DNA of 32,000 nt from Haloquadratum walsbyi C23. GTDB taxonomy: Archaea; Halobacteriota; Halobacteria; Halobacteriales; Haloferacaceae. This document shows, piece after piece, positions 16,713 to 25,638 of this stretch (positions are counted from its first letter, which is position 1; each line of letters opens with the position of its first letter). A program made the translations under genes and the position numbers. Location of the stretch: positions 1,110,001 through 1,142,000 of the forward strand of contig NC_017459.1 in NCBI RefSeq assembly GCF_000237865.1, read 5' to 3'. Under the pieces are notes generated by a model. It saw nothing but the letters and a program-made list of their open reading frames with translations, ran no database searches and was not told the origin of the DNA.

Positions 16713-19097
16713 TCAGGAAGTATTGGAGTTGATGTCGAAGGTGAGTATCCTCTCGTTAGCATCATACTGTATCTCGTCTGAATCAAGTTCCGTGTCATCA
16801 ACAACAACCCTGTTGGGTGGGTTAGCGGCGGCTTCCACGATGACAGTTCCAGGCGGTAAACTGTCTGATGTCGTAACTGTCATTACCTGCCACGATTCAT
16901 CTATTTCCACCTCGATTGAATCTGGGTTTTTGACTTCGGGGTGTCGGACAGTGAACTGCGTGGTCGTTTTTCCTTCGCAAGCTGGATAGACGCGATAGTC
17001 GAGTTCCGCAGGTGGTCCGTCTGCGTGCATTCTCACACGAGGATCCTCTGGAATGATACTTTCGGCGCGTACAAAAAATGGGAGTTCATCAAGATTAGGT
17101 TCGCGTCTTTGACGCTGTGGTCCAACATGATATTCCCCACTCCAATAGTCTACCCACTCGCCGGGTGGGAGGTCTACTTTCACCCGACCATCCACCGATA
17201 AAACTGGTGCGACAAGGAATTCTTCGCCAATCATATGTTGTGTTGCAGAGGCTGAAACCTGCTGGTAGTCCTCAAATTCGAGAGCCATCGGGCGCATTAT
17301 TGCCACACCGGTCGCAATAGCCTCACACCCATAGCTGAGATAATATGGAAGCAGGCGATATCGGAGTTTGGCAAATTCAATGATTATCTTTGTGGCTCTA
17401 TCACCGAACATCCACGGTTCCCTTGGTGTCTTGCCGTGAAATCGTGGGTGAGATAATGAGAGCAGCGCCCACTGAGCCCATCGAATATAGAGTGTCTCTG
17501 ATGGCTTCGGTTTATACCCTCCAATATCGCAACTCCAAAACTGGAATCCTGAGATAAGCAAGCTCAATCCGCCGCGAACGCTTTCTCTGAAACCTTTGAA
17601 TGTTGATCGAGTATCCCCACCCCAGTGTATCGGATACTGCTGTGCACCAACCCATGCCGACCGAGACCAGAGTACGGGCGGTTTATCAAACTCTTCAAAC
17701 GCGCCAGCAACTGCTCGCTGGTACGCGACTGAATAAATATTCTTACCGCCCATCCCAGTGCGTCGGTCAGCAGTCGTTGTCTGTGGCGGGAGATATTCCC
17801 CAAAGTCGGTTTTGAACACGTCGATACCACTCTCAATCAACTCGTGATGAATTTCTTGCCACCATGATATGGCCTCAGGATTTGAGAAATCGATGATTCC
17901 AGCACGTGTAGCTGAATAGCTCGGTCGCCGTAGAATATAGCTTCGCCCCTCATGATCAGTGACTAAGTAGTCATTCTGTTCCGCCGTCCTAAATAGATCT
18001 GTGCCTGTATTGATGTATGGGTACTCCCAAACGGACAGCCTGAAACCTGCCTCTGCAAGATTCGCTTTCATTTTCTCTGGAGAAGGAAATCTCTCGGCGT
18101 CGAACGCCATCTCTGGAGCTTCCATATCCATCCATCCTGGATCGACATGGAGTACATCGCAGGGCATAGAACGCTCTCGAATCTCAGATGCAATATCACG
18201 CACCTGTGTTTGGCTTTCGTATGAGTTCCGAGACATCCAGATACCGTATGTCCACTCAGGTAACTCAGGTGCACGACCTGTTAATGCGGTGTATGAGGAG
18301 ATGATATCTTTGAGTGATTCCCCTGCAAATACGACAATTGAGAGAACAGACGAATCAACATTAATCGCCGTCGCATCGGGCGTATTGCTCCCGAAGTCGA
18401 ATGTAACATCACACGCCGTCTCAACAAGAACGCCGTAGCCACGATCAGATAGAAAAAACGGAACTGGTGCATAGGTGTCGTTGGAGTTTGTGCCGTGTGC
18501 CTGCGACACAGATGCTTCTACTCTACTACCGCTCTTTTCAAAGGTAGTGAACTGTTCTCCCAGTCCGAATATCGATTCCGCAGGGTCAAGCGCGGTGGAG
18601 AAGCCCGTTTGTACCACTTCAAGCGGGTAGTTGTCGACAATGTTTTCTTTATATCCTATCGTTGGAACGGACAGTTCCCCTCGATTATTCGTGACATCAA
18701 TATTAGTGTCGAGTATCCGTTTGTTATCGTAACTCAGAGTAAACGAAGCGGTGTCGGTAGCGACTGAAGCCGAAATGCCCTCAGTATCGAGCTTGACAGT
18801 TTCATCTCCTGAGTTTATATCAACGTTTGTATCACGAGAATACTCATCATACGGCAGACCTAATGGAGAAGAGTCCACTTCAGCTACCTCTGGATTTGGT
18901 CGAAGGACCAGTCTGACGGCTTTCTCAGTGAGGAACTGCACTGAAATTGGAATAGTATGTCTGGGAGTCGGATGTTCGTTATTTAGCGGCTTAGCCGCAC
19001 AGTCAAATTCAAACGGTCGTTCAAAATTAGTCCCACGCACCTCTGTGAGCTCCAACCACATATCAAATATGGACTCAAAAGCAAAATAAATACCCAC
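16713..19097 (-). CDS. Glycoside hydrolase family 31 (alpha-xylosidase/alpha-glucosidase, YicI-like)
   Basis: 794-aa ORF. Contains GIDVFKTDFGEYLP (GH31 nucleophile region, compare KTDFGE in YicI), YPIHWGGDTRSTF (acid/base region), VLHVDPGWM and WSRSAWVGAQQ. The track start is GTG at 19097. The first ATG is at 19061 (MWLELTEV). Confidence 0.9.
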   Translation of the reverse strand: MGIYFAFESIFDMWLELTEVRGTNFERPFEFDCAAKPLNNEHPTPRHTIPISVQFLTEKAVRLVLRPNPEVAEVDSSPLGLPYDEYSRDTNVDINSGDETVKLDTEGISASVATDTASFTLSYDNKRILDTNIDVTNNRGELSVPTIGYKENIVDNYPLEVVQTGFSTALDPAESIFGLGEQFTTFEKSGSRVEASVSQAHGTNSNDTYAPVPFFLSDRGYGVLVETACDVTFDFGSNTPDATAINVDSSVLSIVVFAGESLKDIISSYTALTGRAPELPEWTYGIWMSRNSYESQTQVRDIASEIRERSMPCDVLHVDPGWMDMEAPEMAFDAERFPSPEKMKANLAEAGFRLSVWEYPYINTGTDLFRTAEQNDYLVTDHEGRSYILRRPSYSATRAGIIDFSNPEAISWWQEIHHELIESGIDVFKTDFGEYLPPQTTTADRRTGMGGKNIYSVAYQRAVAGAFEEFDKPPVLWSRSAWVGAQQYPIHWGGDTRSTFKGFRESVRGGLSLLISGFQFWSCDIGGYKPKPSETLYIRWAQWALLSLSHPRFHGKTPREPWMFGDRATKIIIEFAKLRYRLLPYYLSYGCEAIATGVAIMRPMALEFEDYQQVSASATQHMIGEEFLVAPVLSVDGRVKVDLPPGEWVDYWSGEYHVGPQRQRREPNLDELPFFVRAESIIPEDPRVRMHADGPPAELDYRVYPACEGKTTTQFTVRHPEVKNPDSIEVEIDESWQVMTVTTSDSLPPGTVIVEAAANPPNRVVVDDTELDSDEIQYDANERILTFDINSNTS

Positions 19098-19222
19098 TGA
19101 TATTCATAATGACCAGGATGATCATATCACCGGCGAACCTACTGTTTGAGCGCGAAGACAGATTTCCCGACAATGAGCGCACCGCGAAGTCACTCAAATG
19201 CGCTTAAAAATCGAATGAGCAC

Positions 19223-19247
19223 TGCGTCGCCCCCGGCGGGTGACGCA
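19223..19247. other. Strong stem-loop (10 bp including one G-U, 5-nt loop) in the intergenic region
   Basis: tgcgtcgccc / cccgg loop / gggtgacgca, paired by hand. It lies between the GH31 start and the tnpB relic. It could be an IS200/IS605 left-end hairpin or a regulatory structure. Confidence 0.3.
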
Positions 19248-19400
19248 ACAATAGATATAATCGAATTCTGAAAGCTGAAGGGAGAAATACGCTAACATCA
19301 CGGGAATGTTTATACTAGCTAGAATCGAGAGTGGAGACGAAGCGATGTTCATCGAGAAAACGGTGATATCCTGGTCAAGCCACCAACAGAGAAAGAGTGC

Positions 19401-19718
19401 TTGCCCAGAAGGCTATCGCAAGCACGCCGAGTGTACAACAAAACCATCCGGCTTACCAAAGAGGGCGTGGGTTGGAATTTGATTTCGCCTCGTCTTCAAG
19501 ATGATTCCGATCTCGTGAAGAATACGACTCAGCGCATCGTTTCGAAGTCTCTCAGATTGATGGAGAACTACTATGAGTACGACGACTTTGGACTGCCACC
19601 ATACGAAGAACGGTTGCACACCTGCTTTGTGCGAACTACACTGAATCGATATAAACTGTCTCTCACCGACGACGGCAATATAGTTTCGTATCAGCGCGAA
19701 GCCATACAAACATCTTAA
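19401..19718 (+). pseudogene. tnpB: N-terminal fragment of an IS200/IS605-family (IS1341-type) TnpB
   Basis: RRVYNKTIRLTKEGVGWNLISPRLQDDSDLVKNTTQRIVSKSLRLMENYYEYDDFG resembles the N-terminal region of haloarchaeal TnpB/OrfB proteins (the LVKNTxQR..A...Y.E pattern, from recollection). Only about 105 aa are present, with no RuvC or zinc-finger part. TTG track start. Confidence 0.5.
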
Positions 19719-19847
19719 CGATATCCTCAGCGGGAGTGGAACTCACATCGACGTTCTCAAACCCCCGTTTGGAACCGACGAGTATGAAATCAAACGCATA
19801 TTTCAGATTTCCGTGCATTGAACGACTTCCGTTCGTTAATACTGGTT

Positions 19848-20867
19848 GTGCTGGACGATTCACTCACTCGGCGCGCATTGCTCGCAAGCGGTGTAGCGGT
19901 GACCCTCGGACTAACTGGCTGTGCGGAGACTGACCCATCGTCAACGCCTGTTGACACCGCGACTGGTGATACGGCGACAGCGACCGAGACCGCCCTGACG
20001 ACACCTCAACCTGACACTCAAGCCTCGACATCTACCTCCAGTCTGGAAACTGTCGTGTCAATCCCGGGGGAGCGTGTGCCGGAAAATATGGCATTCGACG
20101 CCGATGGTAATCTCTACTTCGGAATCACAGTTGGCGAGGTGCGTCGTCTTTCATCCGATCGGATCGGTGAGACCGGGCTGACCCTCGCGGACACCGAGCA
20201 ACTGGTCACGATGCCAGGAGCTGTCGGAGTTGAGATTGGACCGGATGGCACTGTCTACGTCGCTGCTGCCACACAGGACGATAATGCAGGTGTCTGGGCG
20301 GCTCCCACAGATGATGAGGTGAGCCAACTCGTTGGAATCAGTGGCTTTCCGAACGATATCCTATTTGACGTCGGTCGGTCTCGGATGCTGGTGACTGAAT
20401 CGTCTAGTGGCGTGGTTTACGCTGTCGGGACTGATGGGTTACGCGAGAGATGGCTTGATGATGGCCGACTGGCGACCGAGAGCTTTGGTGCAAACGGTAT
20501 TACTCGAGGTACCGACGGCACTATTTATATTGCGGTGACGCAAGCAGGTGAGACCGGTCGACTCATCGAGGTGCCTGTCCAACCAGACGGGAGTGCCGGT
20601 GAAGCGAGCACTGTCTCAGAAACTGAGGCGATCCTTGGTGCAGACGGGATTACTATCCGTGATGGTGATATTTATGTTGCTGTCAATAGTCAAAACCGCG
20701 TGGTTCGTGTCGATACTGGAGGGACGACGGAGACGATTGCTACCGCAGATGATGGACTGGTCTTTCCTTCAGACGTGTTATTTGACCCCACCTCCAACGA
20801 CCTTTTCATTTGTAATTTCGCAAATCAGTCGCCCGATGATGGGGCAATTCTCCGCAAGAAGATTTAA
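19848..20867 (+). CDS. SMP-30/gluconolactonase/LRE-like beta-propeller, Tat-exported lipoprotein
   Basis: The signal LDDSLTRRALLASGVAVTLGLTGC combines a twin-arginine motif with a lipobox. A Thr/Asp-rich linker follows. Then come repeated propeller motifs: DADGNLYF, GPDGTVYVA, GTDGTIYIA, ADGITIRDGDIYVA. The GTG at 19848 is preferred over the TTG track start at 19818. Confidence 0.8.
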   Translation: MLDDSLTRRALLASGVAVTLGLTGCAETDPSSTPVDTATGDTATATETALTTPQPDTQASTSTSSLETVVSIPGERVPENMAFDADGNLYFGITVGEVRRLSSDRIGETGLTLADTEQLVTMPGAVGVEIGPDGTVYVAAATQDDNAGVWAAPTDDEVSQLVGISGFPNDILFDVGRSRMLVTESSSGVVYAVGTDGLRERWLDDGRLATESFGANGITRGTDGTIYIAVTQAGETGRLIEVPVQPDGSAGEASTVSETEAILGADGITIRDGDIYVAVNSQNRVVRVDTGGTTETIATADDGLVFPSDVLFDPTSNDLFICNFANQSPDDGAILRKKI

Positions 20868-20909
20868 CGCTGAGTTATAGCTAATATAGGCGCAATCCCA
20901 CCATATTCA

Positions 20910-21252
20910 GACCATGGATACGCGTCGTCGCAGCCGGGAGTTTCCGAACATCTTTGCTGCAATATGACGTACCTATAATTATCGGCGCACTGGCTATGAT
21001 CCCACTGTAGCCGCATGCCCAAAAGATGGCGGTTCGAGCGTGAGTGTCCGCCCACGCTGGAAACGGGTGTGCCCCATGTGGGAAGCAAACAACAAGCACC
21101 GGGCGAGCGTCAATATAAGTAACTCCGAGTCTGGTGACACCGACCACCGCTCCTGTGGGGAAACTAACACAGGACCGCGTTTTCGGCTGAAGATAGGAGT
21201 ACCGGGGGGTAAGATGTGGCACTCCAATTCAAAGGGGCTGTCCGTTACCTAA
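20910..21252 (+). pseudogene. tnpB: Decayed C-terminal region of a TnpB (zinc-finger/RuvC-III part), frameshifted
   Basis: Hand translation gives DHGYASSQ... in one frame (compare D.R.TSQ). The next frame gives ...RVCPMWEANNKHRASVNISNSESGDT.... Compare the TnpB C-terminal pattern CP.CG...DRD.NA..NI, followed by a G.SE..PVET-like tail. The hairpin motif at 21341-21380 follows. No intact ORF. Confidence 0.4.
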
Positions 21253-21340
21253 CTTCATACCGATTCGCACGGTGTGTAAGCTTGGCAGTCTGTGGATCTG
21301 CACCTGAAACTCCCAACTCAGCGCAGCGGTGTGATGTCTT

Positions 21341-21380
21341 GGATCCCTCCGCGTGAACGCAGGGGAGGACGTCAAGAGTC
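21341..21380 (+). repeat. C-rich/G-rich hairpin followed by GTCAAGAGT; IS200/IS605 right-end-like motif, copy 1
   Basis: ggatccctccgcgtgaacgcaggggaggacgtcaagagtc. Same architecture and 3' nonamer as 22355-22395. Related to the loop-less forms aaatcccctcggggtcaagtg (around 645-666) and gaatcgcctcggggtcaagtc (around 1508-1528). Confidence 0.45.
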
Positions 21381-21549
21381 ACAGATAATATCTCTCGAGA
21401 TACGTCGGCGAATACGTTATTACTCTCCTTCATTGGCTGATAATCCGAGATGCAACCCCGTATTGTAATATGCTTATCTCAGCACTCGGACGAACTGAAA
21501 CCAACCGATTTATGTCGGTATCGGGACATATAGTGTGCTACGTATAATT

Positions 21550-22224
21550 ATGGATTTTATCTCCGCGTCTTCGCCCTCCAAGTTGCCAGTCATTGGTGTT
21601 CTTGTCGACGCCAGTACGTACAAACATCTGCTCTACCTCCTGATGGCGCTTCCGCTTGGATTTGCTTACTCAGCGCTCTTTTCAATACTCGTAGTTGGGA
21701 TTGCACTTACCGTGATAGGCATCGGCGTTCTTATTCTGCTAGCGGCGCTCTTCATCACTCGAGGGATCGCCAGATTCGAGCGCTGGCTCGCCAACCAACT
21801 ATTAGACGTAGAGCTTGATACATACGATGATGTGGCTACTGATACAGACAGCACGTTTGGAGACCTCACGAAGTATCTTGAGGCAGCCTCAACGTGGCGC
21901 GGCGTCGGCTTCCTTTCAATGAAATTCTTCATTGCCGTGTTTGCGCTTATCCCATTGTTTGTGCTCGCGAACGGACTATCGCTGCTCGTTGCGCCACTAC
22001 AATATCCATATACAGCACGTCTCGGTGAAGTCAACGATGAACCGGTGAGGTGGTCGATCGAAACATTCCCTGAAGCACTCCTGGCGGGTTTGGTTGGTGT
22101 CGTTGGGATCCTCATAATGTTCCATCTGGCGAATCTTAGTGCCTACATTACCCGACACATGGCGACCGCGCTACTTGGAGTTGAGACGTCGACGGTGGAT
22201 GGGAAAACCACCTCACGGACCTGA
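21550..22224 (+). CDS. Membrane protein with a putative-sensor domain (PF13796-like)
   Basis: TYKHLLYLLMALPLGFAYSALFSILVVGIALTVIGIGVLILLAALFITRGIARFERWLANQLL is the typical N-terminal pattern of proteins annotated as sensor domain-containing. There is a second hydrophobic pair later. ATG at 21550 is preferred over GTG at 21535. Confidence 0.7.
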   Translation: MDFISASSPSKLPVIGVLVDASTYKHLLYLLMALPLGFAYSALFSILVVGIALTVIGIGVLILLAALFITRGIARFERWLANQLLDVELDTYDDVATDTDSTFGDLTKYLEAASTWRGVGFLSMKFFIAVFALIPLFVLANGLSLLVAPLQYPYTARLGEVNDEPVRWSIETFPEALLAGLVGVVGILIMFHLANLSAYITRHMATALLGVETSTVDGKTTSRT

Positions 22225-22354
22225 CAGGACACGAGCTCAACCACTACAGGACACACAACTAACAAATACTCGCATCGTGAAAAGTAAGACTCATAATCAA
22301 AGTTACTATAGAGCATTGATTCCAAAAGTTGGGAGTGGTGATATTCCAATGCTC

Positions 22355-22395
22355 GGAAATCCTCGCCCTTCAGAGTGAGGGGGATGTCAAGAGTT
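22355..22395 (+). repeat. C-rich/G-rich hairpin followed by GTCAAGAGT; IS200/IS605 right-end-like motif, copy 2 (no tnpB remnant upstream)
   Basis: ggaaatcctcgcccttcagagtgagggggatgtcaagagttg. See 21341-21380. Confidence 0.45.
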
Positions 22396-22608
22396 GCTAG
22401 ATACTATTCTGCACCTCAACAGTGTGCATGGTATATTCTTTACATTTGAAGTGATAACGCTAGTGGACTCATCAGTTGATAATCAGTTCGTTACGAGACT
22501 TACGATGTTATTATTTTAGATGGTATTATTTAAGTTTCGTTGAGACTTCGATACCTCGGAACCCAACACGGTGAATTCAACAGGATAGGATAGCATTACT
22601 CAGTAAGA

Positions 22609-23472
22609 ATGGTTTCGCAGGCAGAGATCGATCGTCTCCGTCTGGAAGCAGATACAATTATGACGCGGTACCGACAGGTCGAAACAGCACTAAAAGAAGC
22701 TCGTTCGAAGTCCGGCGACCACTGGGAGACGGGTAAGTTGGTCGTGACACTCGACACACCCCACCAGGAGACGATCGAAATTACTCTCAATCTCAATTCT
22801 GATCCGGCAAGCAACGCCCAGTCACGATATGAGAAAGCGAAAGATCTCAAAACCGAACTTGAGCGTGAACGAGACATCGTCGGTCAGTTAGCCCCACTCC
22901 CCGTCACGCCTGTTGCCTATCTTATCTGCTACCATCTCAATGCCGTCGAGGGGAATTATCCACGGTCAATGGCTGGGCATCTCGATGCCCGGCGCGAGCA
23001 GGTTGACGAATTATGTAAGAAAATGGAGACGGCAGGATTGCTTGAACGAGTTGAGTCAGGAACTGTCAAACAACGCCGTGTCAAAGCCAAGCAGGCTGAT
23101 GAGGTTCGTCAACATCATACCTATTATCGACTGTCACGAGAGGGTGACCATCTCCTCCGATTTCTTGATGAACCCAATGGACAACAGAATGTCCTCCGGC
23201 ACCTTCCCGATGGACACACGCTTATTCAACGACTGGCGCGTGGCGGACCAGATTATCCACGGATGACCGCTGACGAACTGGATATGGAGTTCGAATATGT
23301 CCGCCATCTTTACCGCGCGCTTCGACAGGTCGGTCTCATCACTGAGTATGAGGGCTCTACAATCAAGGCGACCGAGCGAAAATTAAAGCCAAAAGACGAA
23401 ACCCATCGTAAGCATACTTACTACATCGTGACTGACCGTGGCGACGAAGCGTTCCGACGTTTAGAGGGTTAA
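22609..23472 (+). CDS. DNA-binding protein with an N-terminal coiled coil and two winged-helix (PadR/MarR-like) domains
   Basis: ATG start, 287 aa. There are two wHTH-like units ending in HHTYYRLSREGDHLLRFL and KHTYYIVTDRGDEAFRRL. The N-terminal ITLNLNSDPASNAQSRYEKAKDLK resembles the NFACT/FbpA linker motif (weak, by eye). Confidence 0.7.
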   Translation: MVSQAEIDRLRLEADTIMTRYRQVETALKEARSKSGDHWETGKLVVTLDTPHQETIEITLNLNSDPASNAQSRYEKAKDLKTELERERDIVGQLAPLPVTPVAYLICYHLNAVEGNYPRSMAGHLDARREQVDELCKKMETAGLLERVESGTVKQRRVKAKQADEVRQHHTYYRLSREGDHLLRFLDEPNGQQNVLRHLPDGHTLIQRLARGGPDYPRMTADELDMEFEYVRHLYRALRQVGLITEYEGSTIKATERKLKPKDETHRKHTYYIVTDRGDEAFRRLEG

Positions 23473-23848
23473 CATATCTCATGAGGCGTCCAATAATACT
23501 GTCTCGTGGCTTCGCATCAATTTTGAGATATTATGTAGTTGGACTCGAGCCTGTCAGATTAAAAAATTAGTTTAATTTTGACGCCGGAAGTGCATTGACG
23601 GTCCGGAAACGACTGGACTTTTCTCTTTATCGAGTACTTTCTTAACTAACCACTGTAATAGTAAAAAGAGTTAATTAATAGCTGTCCCTAATCATGATAA
23701 TATTAATATTAATATAATTTATCATAAACAGTCGCTGGTGAAGTATCTGTGTTGGCAATAGCCTTGATTTCGATACGCTCGCCTTGATTATTTGTAAAAT
23801 CGTATAATATGCCGTCAGGTATTATTAATTCTAACACATTAGATAACC

Positions 23849-24262
23849 ATGGGTATTTTAGTTGCAGTCAGCGATGATAATCAGTTCCAGACAGTTCTGA
23901 ACGTAGCAGTGGGGCTGGCTGATGGATTTAATGATGAACTGTATGTGACTCATATAACAGAAACCGAGAATGCATCCGGGGACGAGCGAGACTTTCGTGA
24001 TGAGATCCGTGAATCCCTCCCAGAGACGACCGTTTCCATTGATATCGGACTCGAGCATCTCAGCCGAAGCGGGCTCCGCTCAGGAACAGCGATTGGCAAG
24101 CAACTGGTTGAACTCTCAGAGAGCGCTGACATCGATCATATTGTAATTGGTCACCGCTCAAAAGGTCGATTGACTACCGCTCGTGAGGGACATACTGGTT
24201 TTGTCGTCGCCGATGAAGCAGCAGTTCCAGTGACAATCGTCCCTGAGGCAGTTGATTCCTGA
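23849..24262 (+). CDS. Universal stress protein (UspA family)
   Basis: ILVAVSDD...ALNVAVGLA-type N-terminus and a C-terminal DHIVIGHRSKGRLTTAREGHTGFVVADEAAVPVTIV (nucleotide-binding G-x2-G-x9-G(S/T)-like region). 137 aa. Confidence 0.85.
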   Translation: MGILVAVSDDNQFQTVLNVAVGLADGFNDELYVTHITETENASGDERDFRDEIRESLPETTVSIDIGLEHLSRSGLRSGTAIGKQLVELSESADIDHIVIGHRSKGRLTTAREGHTGFVVADEAAVPVTIVPEAVDS

Positions 24263-24743
24263 TTGGCTTTCGTAGCCACTCAATGCGCTTGCTATCGATA
24301 ATAGCTACACCCGGTATAACGAGTTGATAGAATATATACTTACAATCGTGATACTGAGTATGTCGGCTGACGATCTCTCAAAGAGGCTCTTGATAAACAC
24401 GGTTGAGACTGAACTCCGACACATACAGTATTTCAGACATATTCTAACGACCATCTGGTGGGTTTCAATATCATCTTTAGTTACCATTAGCTACGATATC
24501 ATAACTGCAGTGACGATGGAAATCGAGTTTACACTCTTCGATGTGTCGCCACTGGGGCTTATTATTCAACTAGATATTCAAACATGAATGCAATCACAGA
24601 ATATATTATAGGACATACTCGGCATATGATATGTATCAGGCACATACAATCAACAGACATTATTTATACAATGTCATCAATATCGAAACCAATTAGATAG
24701 ACATGCACGCAATCACTATCTCAATATTACCCGTCATCATATT

Positions 24744-25514
24744 ATGAAGCGACGTATGCTGATTCGAACTGTTATCGGAAGTATTGCTGTCGGGAGCACG
24801 GCGGGTTGTATCCGCGCATTTCAATCTGATGATCAATCACCACCTCCACGCAAATCGAATATCATCCGTGATATCAGCGTCACAAATAGTGGTGAAATAA
24901 TCAAGGTAACAACTGCCCCAGACGAGTCACAGTGGGTGATGACTCGGCAAGAAATCGATGCTGCATCTTCACGCGCCCAGGTTGAGAATACTAACAATCA
25001 GATTAGTTGGCATCAACGTGCCATTGCGGAGGTTGATTCAGGACTGGACGCAGCATCTCCCATCGGGACAGTCGAAGCAAAAGGAAGAGGTGCAACCGGA
25101 AGAGGGCGCGGTGGATTCTCATCCGCACCGCGCACGTCGAATGGTCGTGCGTGGTACGGTGGTGGCGCATATGCAGCAACGTGGTATAATAACCACGATA
25201 ATGAAGTCTCTCGTGTCCCAGTCACGATCAATATGATTGGGATTGGATTTATTGGCGATAATGACACATTCACTGAACGGTCGATTGGACCTGGACCCAT
25301 CAACTGGGATACAACCTACAATGACCCGACCGGAGATATCCGATCTGATCTTAGTCCGCGGAGCGGATGGTACAGAGTCGGTGCGGAGGTCAATGCTGAA
25401 CTCGCCGGTGGTGGAACCCAACCTCTTGGATGGGAGTGCATTGATCTTCGTGTTCGATCCACTGGGAATGACGAAGAGATAACGAAGAAGTGGAAGGTAT
25501 CACCACGAATATAG
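24744..25514 (+). CDS. Secreted lipoprotein of unknown function (Tat-like signal plus lipobox)
   Basis: MKRRMLIRTVIGSIAVGSTAGC has twin Arg, a hydrophobic core and the lipobox TAGC. There is a Gly/Arg-rich central stretch, GRGATGRGRGGFSSAP...WYGGGAYAATWYNN. No family recognised. Confidence 0.7.
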   Translation: MKRRMLIRTVIGSIAVGSTAGCIRAFQSDDQSPPPRKSNIIRDISVTNSGEIIKVTTAPDESQWVMTRQEIDAASSRAQVENTNNQISWHQRAIAEVDSGLDAASPIGTVEAKGRGATGRGRGGFSSAPRTSNGRAWYGGGAYAATWYNNHDNEVSRVPVTINMIGIGFIGDNDTFTERSIGPGPINWDTTYNDPTGDIRSDLSPRSGWYRVGAEVNAELAGGGTQPLGWECIDLRVRSTGNDEEITKKWKVSPRI

Positions 25515-25638
25515 TCATCTCTACAATGTCAGGTTACAGTTATCTTGCCTCGCCCATCCCCGATCATAATTCCAATCTTGGCCCACGTTTGTTTCATATG
25601 ATAATTGCCTCTGTCACTCAATATAATAGTTACAATCA

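Noticed and set aside
20881-21222. 113-aa minus-strand ORF, plus 20994..21227 and 20864..21088
   Set aside because: They overlap the region that reads better as a decayed + strand tnpB C-terminus. No motifs, and they overlap one another.
23480-23848. Very AT-rich 370-bp spacer (ataatattaatattaatataatttat; duplicated gccttgatt), considered as a replication origin
   Set aside because: No ORB-like inverted repeats (GTTCCAGTGGAAAC type) and no adjacent orc1/cdc6 gene. It is more simply a promoter or spacer region between acquired segments.
24324-24587. 87-aa ORF with one hydrophobic segment (TTG start; internal ATG gives 75 aa)
   Set aside because: AT-rich context and no recognisable family. 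It may be a small membrane protein, but the evidence is insufficient.
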